64,000 nucleotides of DNA from Octopus vulgaris (Eukaryota): the NCBI GenBank assembly GCA_951406725.2, contig OX597827.1, positions 68,014,001-68,078,000 of the forward strand, written 5' to 3'. The position numbers and the translations under genes are program-made. Positions 53,822 through 64,000 of this stretch are shown here, piece after piece; positions within the stretch are counted from its first letter, which is position 1; every line of letters begins with the position of its first letter. A model generated the notes under the pieces. The model saw nothing but the letters and a program-made list of their open reading frames with translations, had not been told where the DNA came from and made no database searches.

Positions 53822-54230
53822 AGGTGCAGGAGTGGCTGTGTGGTAAGTAGCTTGCTTACCAACCACATGGTTTCGGGTTCAGTCCCACTGCGTGGCACCT
53901 TTCACAAGTGTCTTTTACTATAGCCTCGAGCCGACCAAAGCCTTGTGAATGGTTTTGGTAGACGGAAACTGAAAGAAGCCCGTCGTATATATATGCATGT
54001 GTGTGTATAAGTTTAAGTGTCTGCGTTTGGTCCCCCCTCCCAACATCGCTTGACAACCGATGCTGGTGTGTTTACGTCCCTGCAACTTAGCGGTTCGGCA
54101 AAAGATATCCAATAGAATAAGTTCTAGGCTTACAAAGAATAAGTCCTGGGGTCGATTTGCTCGACTAAAGGCGGTGCTCCAGCATGGCCGCAGTCAAAAT
54201 GACCGAAACAAGTAAAAGAGTAAAAGAGTA
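53822..54230 (+). mobile_element. SINE family A, full length
   Basis: Consensus match. Confidence 0.92.
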
Positions 54231-54350
54231 TATATGACATGTATGCATTTATATCTACACACATACAGACACTTATATACTCGCACATCGAACTGAAACC
54301 AAATGTTTGATTGAAGAAAACTATAATTTTTTCCTCTCACTTTATTTCAG

Positions 54351-54421
54351 GAATGTTTTGCCAAGAAAGAATGGACATCTAAATTATCCACTCTGTAAAG
54401 ATGTATATTAACATCAAACAG
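54351..54421 (+). other. Candidate non-coding or 5' UTR exon (71 bp)
   Basis: Acceptor ttttttcctctcactttatttcAG, donor cag|GTAGGT; stops in all frames. Confidence 0.5.
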
Positions 54422-54455
54422 GTAGGTTAATCTCTTTATTATTGCTCTCTCCCTC

Positions 54456-54506
<51 letters not shown>

Positions 54507-54592
54507 TCACAATGGATACAGATTGGAAGGCTGAAGAGCTGTCATGTGTGGAAACACAAACATGATTGTGTAAAGACATATGGGTTTTCATA

Positions 54593-54748
54593 TCAACGCC
54601 GTCTTAAGGCATGGGTACACCGGGCAGTTATTCAGGGACCACAATTCGAATCTATATATGCCCTGGCGTTCTTTTAATAAATAAACGTTATGGGGCCCGG
54701 TGCACTGATTTTCCCGGCGGCCTATAATGCCGCAAAAAAAGGGCCCTG
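54593..54748. mobile_element. Degenerate hAT-like MITE
   Basis: Termini caacgccgtcttaa / aaaagggccctg resemble CAGGGCCGTC-type TIRs. Confidence 0.35.
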
Positions 54749-55014
54749 ATTCTTATACATACAAATATACATAGACTCATATTTATTCAGACACATACAG
54801 ATATGTATGTAGGCATACATGCGTACAAATATACATACATACATACACACATACACACATACACATATACCTTCCTACCTACCTCCATACCTACCTGCCT
54901 ACATACATACATACATACACACATATACCTACCTATCTCCATACCTACCTACATATATATACATACATACATACATACATACATACATACATACATGTAT
55001 ACATACATATATAT

Positions 55015-55458
55015 CTTTTATCTTTTACTTGTCTCAGTCATTAGATTATGGCCATGCTGGGGCACCGCCTTAGAAAATTTTTAGTTGAATGAATCGATCT
55101 TATTACTTGTTTATTTTTTTTTAAGCCTGGTTCTTATTCTATCGGTCAATTTTATCGAACCGCAAAGTTAAGGGGTCCTAAACACAGTAACACCAGTTGG
55201 CAAGTGGTGGTGGGAGACAAACACAACCACCAAGACAAACAGACAGACACACACACGCGCACGCACACGCAGGCACACACTCACACGCTCACACATACGT
55301 ATATACAATGGGCTTTCGGTTTCCTCCTACCACTCTACTCACAAGACTTTGTTCGGCCGAGGCTGTAGTAGAAGACATGTACCCAAGTAGCCCCGCAATG
55401 GGATTGAACCTGGAACCATGTGATTGGGAAGCAAACTTCTTACCACAAAGCCGCTCCT
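55015..55458 (-). mobile_element. SINE family A, diverged
   Basis: Family motifs. Confidence 0.8.
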
Positions 55459-55899
55459 ATCGAAACTATTAGCAACCGAAGTAGTTTTTCTAATGAATAT
55501 GATTTTGTACATCCAACTTAACTTGGATGTGTTGTTTTAAACGCTGTAAACTGCGGTAATCGGCCTGAAAAATCACCTTGTATAGACGTTGAGTTCTAAA
55601 ATTCCCTAACTGATAGTTAATTTATTCGAGGCCCGCCAGCATTTTTGCGACATCACTGACTGATGAGTCAGTGTTAAATCATATCCGTTTGACGGAATTT
55701 CAATTCAGCGGCATTCGGTAGCAGAGTTCCTGTTGCTGAGAAAGCGCAAATTACGCTGAAATCACGAGATACCACAGCCTCAGCCGCTTTCGCTCATTTT
55801 CACTTCTTTCAGTATAACCACTGCTTTCCCCTCTAAAATGTCTTCGCCGCAGCTTTAAAACAGAAATCAACTAGCAAGCAACATGCTCTATGTGAGTGT

Positions 55900-56283
55900 G
55901 GTTGCTGTTGCTGTTGCTGTTGAGCGAAACGGTCTTCGTCCCAGTGGGAGAGGTCCGAAACGTGGTCCTTAGCTATTCGTAAGACCCGCAGAAGAGAAAG
56001 CAGGTCAACCCCCGACACCGAGAGCATCGACGGATGGATGAATGCGCATCCAGGCTAAGCGGTTGCATAGGAAGTCGAGAACAAGAAACAGGAAGTAAGA
56101 GTGAGAGAAAGTTGGGGTGAAAGAGTACAACAGGGGTCGCCACCCCACCCCCCTGCCGGAGCCTCGTGGAGCTTTAGGTGTTTTCGCTCAATAAACACAC
56201 ACAACGCCCAGTCTGGGAATCGAAACCGCGATCCTCCGACCGCGAGTCCGCTGCCCTAACCACTGGGCCATTGCGTCTCCACG
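55900..56283 (-). mobile_element. SINE family C head with a fourth tail type ending in (CAACAG)n
   Basis: Head matches 36278; distinct 3' part. Confidence 0.82.
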
Positions 56284-56739
56284 GTGAGTGTGGTGTGTGT
56301 ATGTGTGCATGTGTGTGTGTGTGCGCGCGCATGTGTGTGTGCGTGTGTGTGTGTATGTTCACTTGTGTGTAAGTATATGATGGACATACACCTAAGTGTA
56401 CATACAATGACAGGCATATTACGCAATGCTTCTTGTCATTTGTAACTCTATTTTAGATATTCTACTGAGTTTTTGTATTTTCTCACTTTTTTATTCTTCG
56501 TTCTTTTTCCCCCTCTCTCTGCCTCTCTCTCACCTTCTCTCTCCCTTTCACCCTCCTTCTGACTGTCTGTCCTTGTCTGTCTCTTTTTCCTTCCACATCT
56601 TCCCTTCTGTCTGTCTGTCTCTCTCAACACACATTCACACACCTGTGTATATATATATATATATGTATGTATGTATGTGTGTTTGTGTATATATATATAT
56701 ACACATATATATATATGTATGCATGTATGTATGTGTGTT

Positions 56740-56787
<48 letters not shown>

Positions 56788-56811
56788 TGTATGTATGTAT
56801 GTATGTGTGTT

Positions 56812-56846
<35 letters not shown>

Positions 56847-56890
56847 GTATGTATATATGTATGTGTGTTTGTGTATATATATATATATAT

Positions 56891-56977
<87 letters not shown>

Positions 56978-57561
56978 CCTTTAGTGTTTTTTTTTTTGCG
57001 TAATATATATCTATGTATCATTCTATCTAGCTATCTATCAATCTCTACCTATATCCAACTACCTTTTTTCTTTCTATCTACCTAACTAACTAACTCAACT
57101 CTCTTTCCCTCTCTTCCCCTGCATACATACATGCCTATAACGGATAGTAACTAGACCAGTTCTGTTTGGTGATAAGAATGTATGTATTAAGCTAGAATCA
57201 TATTGGTTACATTCCACTCCACCTGGTTGTTCGCCATAACATCCCTTGTTTCACACATTCCAGTATGTTCTCTCTGATCTTCTGCCTTTGTTACCTTGTC
57301 ACTTTGATGACGTCAGTGTTATTCTGTTAGTGGTCTAAGTATGTCAGGGTTGCGATTTTCTGAGATAAACTTTGCAGTGATTCCCTCCCCCCACCTTCAC
57401 CCCCACTCCAGCATACAGAGTTCACTGGGAAGAATTTTTCCAAAGGATCAGTGTCTCGGTCCGCGCAACATTAATTCTCATCCCTGCCTTGCAGCTTTCA
57501 GCATCGAACCTATTCAGTGTATACTGGCAATAAACCTCTGATGAGCCAAGTAAACACCATG

Positions 57562-58470
57562 CCGTTTGCAAGTATCGTCTGGTTGTTTACAAATATCGTT
57601 TGACCGTTTGCAAATATCGTCTGACCGTTTGCAGATATCGTCTGACCGTTTGCAGATATCGTCTTGCCGTTTGCAAATATCGTCTTGCCGTTTGCAAATA
57701 TCGTCTGGACGTTTGCAAATATCCTCTGACCGTTTGCAAATATCCCCTGACCGTTTGCAGATATCGTCTGGCAGTTTGCAAATATTGCCTGACCGTTTGC
57801 AAATATCGTCTGACCGTTTGCAAATTTCGTCTGACCGTTTGCCAATATCGTCTTGCCGTTTGCAGATATCGTCTGGCCGTTTGCAAATATCGTCTGACCG
57901 TTTGCAAATATCGTCTGGCCGTTTGCAGATATCGTCTGGCCGTTTGCAAATATCTATTTCTTTACTACCCACAAGGGGCTAAACACAGAGGGGGCAAACA
58001 AGGACAGACAAACGGATTAAGTCGATTACATCGACCCCAGTGTGTAATTGGTACTTATTTAATCGACCCCGAAAGGATGAAAGGCAAAGTCGACCTCGGC
58101 GGAATTTGAACTGAGTATGTAACGGCAGACGAAATACTGCTAAGCATTTCGCCCAGCATGCTAACGATTCTGCCAGCTCACCGCCTTATAAATATCATCC
58201 GTTTGCAAATATCATCCGTTTGCAAATATCATCTGGCTGTTTGCAAATATCACCTGACCGTTTGCAGATATTGTCTGGCCGTTTGCAAATATCGTCTTGC
58301 TGTTTGTAAATATCGTCTGGCCATTTGCAAATATCGTCTGACCGTTTCCAGATATCGTCTGGCGGTTTGCAAATATCGTCTGGCCGTTTGCAAATATTGT
58401 CTGGCCGTTTGCAAATATCGTCTGGCCTTCTGCAAATATTGTCAGACCGTTTGCAAATATCGTCTGGCCG
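57562..58470. repeat. 21-bp minisatellite (atatcgtctgaccgtttgcaa)n, ~30 units, split by a SINE B
   Basis: Tandem units 57562-57952 and 58190-58470. Confidence 0.95.
57955..58188 (-). mobile_element. SINE family B inserted in the minisatellite
   Basis: Reverse complement of 20999-21230. Confidence 0.9.
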
Positions 58471-59021
58471 ATTCTAATCCCAACGCATTGAAAGCTTACA
58501 GCTGCGGTACTACAGATATATGATTAGGCTGTCGGATTAAAGAATTGCAAGGCGGATTATTGAAGCCGAGCTAGCCGGCAGTAGACCAAGAACAAGAGGG
58601 TTGGATAATATCTGGAGTACAGAGGGGGAGCACTAAGCAGAGATAAGTAAAATTGTAATATTATAGAGTGCCACGCATCCTCTTCCAAGTATGTTATATA
58701 TATATATTCTGAGACCCCCTTCGGTCACGACACAGACCATTGGATTGCACCTAGAAAGTTACCCTCCCAGGCACAAATCCGGGCAAGGTTGTTTATGGAA
58801 GACCAGCAGTTTCCCATGCATACCAGCCTCCCCTCTCCACGCCACCGGTGTTATCCAAGGGAAAAGGAACGACCGATACAGCTTGGCACCAGTGACGTCG
58901 CAACTCATTTCTACAGCTGAGTGAACTGGAGCAACGTGAAACATAACACGCAGCCTGGTCCGGGATTCGAGCTCACAACCTCACGCTCTAACCACTTAGC
59001 TATGCGCCTTCACTTTATATA

Positions 59022-59108
<87 letters not shown>

Positions 59109-59678
59109 TATATATTATATATATGTGTATAATTATATGTACTATATATATATTATATATATTATATATGTATATAATATATATTATATATATTATATAT
59201 ATATAATATATATAAATATATTATATATATTATATAATATATGATATATATATATGCATATATATATGCACATATATATATATGTGTGTGTGTGTATGTA
59301 TGTATGTATATAAACATATATACATTGCGTCTTTAAATTTTCTTTTACTGGATCCAGTAATTGAATTGCTGCTATGCCGGGAAACTGCTTCTTTTTGAGG
59401 CGGTTCTTTGGAAGGCTATTTGCTACGTTTGGTGTATATTTCTTTGCTCTCGTGAGTTACAAAATGTTTACATGAACATTAATACCAGAAGATATAGCTA
59501 ATTTGTTCGTGAATACCGAACGGTACTCCATGTTGATATGAGTATCCATATGTATGCACACACACACACACACACACATACACACACACATGCATTCACT
59601 CACACACACAAACATACACACGCATATTTGTAGATAGATCGACAGATATATAGATAGATAGTTAGTTAGTTAGTTAGT

Positions 59679-59756
<78 letters not shown>

Positions 59757-59969
59757 TTTTATTCTTCCCGGCATTCAAATCTAAACGATGTGTGTGTGTA
59801 TGGGTGTGTATGTGTGTATGTGCACGTATACGAATTTGCTTGTGTTTGTATGTATGTGTGTCTGTGTCTGTGTCTGCATATATATCTTCAGAAAGAGAGA
59901 GAGAGAGAGAGAGAGATCGGCAGATAGACAGGTAGACATTTAAGACTGACAGACAGACAGATAGGTAGG

Positions 59970-60035
<66 letters not shown>

Positions 60036-60150
60036 CTTAGCTATTAAATAAGTACCAGTTACGCACTGGGGTCGATATAATCGACTTAATCCGTTTGTCT
60101 GTCCTTGTTTGTTCCCTCTGTGGCTAGCCCCTTGTGGGTAGTAAAGAAAT

Positions 60151-60220
<70 letters not shown>

Positions 60221-60239
60221 TACAGACAGACAGACAGAC

Positions 60240-60310
<71 letters not shown>

Positions 60311-61466
60311 GATATACATACATAAATGCACGCATCCTCATCCTTCTATGCCTACCAACTCATACACTCGCACAGATGTAGATACATACACAGACAACCT
60401 TTTTACACGTATAGTTATGCTTTAGGTGCTTGTTTACAGTGTAGGCTTAAACGATAGTGACATGACATGTATGGCTGTGGTGACAGACGAATGGGTGCGG
60501 TGTTTGGTTGGGTCTTTGTTGGAGTTTTAGGTTAATGGATGGTATGAGGCGCTGAAGTTTTTATAGTATGAGAAGGTCCCAGAGCCTGTGCTAAGGGAAA
60601 TTAGTTTAGTTTTTTTTTTTTTTTTTTCTTTAGATTGAGTGTGTTGAGAATACTGAAAAATGTCTTTTTTCGCATATTCAGATAGAAAAGAATTTGGAAG
60701 CTGGTTTGTATAATTTGCTCTTTTCAATAATATTCCGAGTAATGACGTGAAAAGTTTTGGAATTCTTTTAGGGTCCATATGTTGTTTGAAAGTCTTGTAG
60801 CTGATTTTTTTTTTTTATCGTTTATCTTTTGCTTGTTTGAGGCTTTGGATTGCAGCCATGCTGGGCACCGCCTTTACTGGTTTAGTCGAAGAGTATTTAC
60901 ATATTTTAAGCCTTGTACTTATTATAACAGTCTCTTTTTGCCGAATTGCTTATGTAAGGGACGTAAACAAACTAACACAATTTGCCATGCGGTAGAAGGG
61001 GACAAACACATAACCAAAGAAGCACATACATACAAAATACATATGTACATATATATATATATGTATATACACAAACACACACATGCACACAGATATATAT
61101 ATATACATACACACACACGCACACAAGTGAGTAGACTAACGAAAGAAAAGGGCACTCAACGCATTTAGTAAGAGTTTGATTTAATTATCGCGCTATTTCA
61201 AGTTCCGCAGGCCCATATCGGAGCCTGTCTTTCCAGCGCTTCTGGAATAGCTAGATTATTCCAGAAGTCTAAACGAGACAAGCCACGCTAGGGCCCAGTG
61301 CTATGAAGCTTGAAGTAGCATGAAAACTGAATCAAACTGCTAGCACCGTTCGAAACGTTAAACCCTCCTTCTTTTCTTCTTTCCTGAGCGTCCAATAATA
61401 CTATATTTGTTCCACGTCCTCACGTTGTTGTGTTTTTTTTTTTTGCTTTCTTGTTTGGATTAACTT

Positions 61467-61960
<494 letters not shown>

Positions 61961-62820
61961 TATATGTATAATGTAGGCAGTAGTAAGCAATGTGTACCAA
62001 AAAGGAAAACTATAATTGTCATTAAATACGACTGAGGGTGTTAGAAACACCTACATTGCTAGAAATAAGAGCTAAATGCTCTAATGCTGCAGTCAAAGCA
62101 CATAATTGTATACATACATGCTGACAAGGGCGGTAATCGCTCGAAAAGCATTAGTCGAGAGATCCCCAGACTGATCGTTGACTTCCGGCTTTTTCGCCGT
62201 AGTCTTTTCAGTGGGGTCGGGTCGACTCGGCTCGGCTCGGCTCGGCTCGGCTGTTTTCGGACGAAGATGATTGCCAGCATATATGTCTTACACAATAGAA
62301 ATCTGTAAACGATTTAGCGAATCGCTAATGAATATACCAAATAATTAATGCAGGCAACGGTAAGCAATGTGTGTCAAAGGATGGAAATTATAACAGTCGT
62401 TAAATATGCGACGGGCTTCTTTCAGTTTCCGCCAACCAAATCCACTTACAAAGCTTTGGTCGGTCCGAAGCTACAGTAAAAGACATTTACCCAGGTGACA
62501 CGCAATGATGCCTGAGAAACAAAACAAAAAAAAAAAAAGAAATAGATGGAATGGTCACGGTTGGACTATGACAAATATGAGTCCTAGTAAAGCGAAAAGA
62601 AAAGTTACACACTATTTGTTATTGTGTTTATGGATTTTGTTATTGCTTTTGTTGTCGTAGTTCCTGCTACTGCTGCTGCGGCTGCTGCTACTCCTGTTGA
62701 TTTTCCTTATTGAACTTTCCGTTAAAATGCAACCCCGCAGCAAAGAAATCACCTGATGTCATGACGTCACCTCTCTCTTTCGTACACATAATTGCCTACT
62801 GTAGCTACTATTACTACTAT

Positions 62821-62853
<33 letters not shown>

Positions 62854-63079
62854 ACACACACACACACACACACGCACACACACACACATACACACACACA
62901 CACACACACAATTTCAGTCAATATCTTTTATCAATATTCGCTGCTGGGCAGTCTGTATGTAAATGAAAACTGTCACCTGACCCCGGTTATAAACGTAACT
63001 GACACCATGACCTCTGGTTACGAGACAAAAGTAAAACGAAGTGAAATTACCAGAAAAACTAAAGCATGTTTTATGAATA

Positions 63080-63127
<48 letters not shown>

Positions 63128-63379
63128 ATTGTGTGTACTGCAGTAGACGAACGGCCTGCTGGGAATATATCCGTCATTCAAAGACAATCGACGTACATTC
63201 ATAAATTAATGTGAGTGAATAAAAGTTTTATGTATTATAATAATCACTCACAAATGCACCCCGTGCGCTTTTGTCTGTGTGTGCGCACGCGCGCTGCGTG
63301 TGAGAATAATGTATGTATATTAATATATATTGGTGTATGCAAGTGTCTGTGTGTGTGTGTATGAATGTTCATAATATAT

Positions 63380-63612
63380 ATTTCTTTATTGCCCACAAGG
63401 GGCTAAACACAGAGGGGACAAACAATGACAGACAAACGGATTAAGTCGATTACTTCGACCCCAGTGCGTAACTGGTACTTAATTTATCGACCCCCAAAAG
63501 GATGAAAAGCATAGTTGACCACGGCGGAATTTGAACTCAGAACGTAATGGCCGACGAAATACAGCTACGCATTTCGCCCGGCACGTTAACGTTTCTGCCA
63601 GCTCGCCGACTT
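63380..63612 (-). mobile_element. SINE family B
   Basis: Consensus match. Confidence 0.9.
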
Positions 63613-64000
63613 ATATATGTATATTAATATATATTCGTGTATGTAAGTGTTTGTGCATATGTATGAATGTTTATAATATAGCTATAGTTAGTGGCTCCTA
63701 AAACTGTACATATACTCATATTGAATGATTGCAATGGCTGTGTTTAGTAAAATAAATTTGATTTTCAAAACAACAGACAGAATATAATATATTTGTGAAC
63801 GCATGGTTTTGAAATGATGATTTTAGTCCAGGCTCTGTTGATAACGCGGAGCATTGGAATCGCAAACATCATGAAACATTTTGTTCGGTATTTATATGCA
63901 TTTTCGTTCAATGAGTACCAGATATTTATCAACTGTTATCAGTTTCGTACCCTAAATTTTATCTTTTAAGTATCTCCATAACAAACAAAAAATGGTATCT

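Noticed and set aside
55654-55673. cactgac-tgatga-gtcagtg containing CTGATGA
   Set aside because: Simple hairpin; no downstream GAAA, stem III or stem I
57562-58470. CRISPR array or 7-aa repeat protein
   Set aside because: No unique spacers, no cas genes, eukaryotic context; interrupted by a SINE and no splice support
62700-63200. TGACGTCA site and 164-aa ORF
   Set aside because: Isolated 8-mer expected by chance; ORF runs through microsatellites

Overview
AT-rich, microsatellite-saturated eukaryotic (animal) genomic DNA with no recognisable intact host protein-coding gene. The tRNA-derived SINE families and extreme (TA)n/(CA)n/(TAA)n/(CATA)n load resemble an octopod cephalopod genome (inference from memory, not a search). 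Almost all ORFs in the supplied track are translations of simple repeats. Real content: (i) a young 5'-truncated R4/Dong-clade non-LTR retrotransposon in a (TAA)n array (367-aa ORF with CCHC and restriction-like endonuclease motifs) and a second, decayed R4 copy fused to a SINE head; (ii) dozens of copies of about four SINE-like families (called A-D here); (iii) RTE, Penelope-like (PLE), piggyBac-, hAT- and Helitron-like relics; (iv) a 21-bp minisatellite; (v) candidate + strand non-coding exons, AG|GT splice motifs and a CCAAT promoter. The most notable signal is a set of at least 12 minimal type-I hammerhead ribozyme motifs in several repeat families. It includes canonical ones (7465-7588, 28532-28579, 53732-53784), recurrent core variants, fold-back palindromes centred on the motif, and a tRNA-headed SINE-like element carrying a hammerhead (14170-14510). 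All calls are by eye and element boundaries are approximate.
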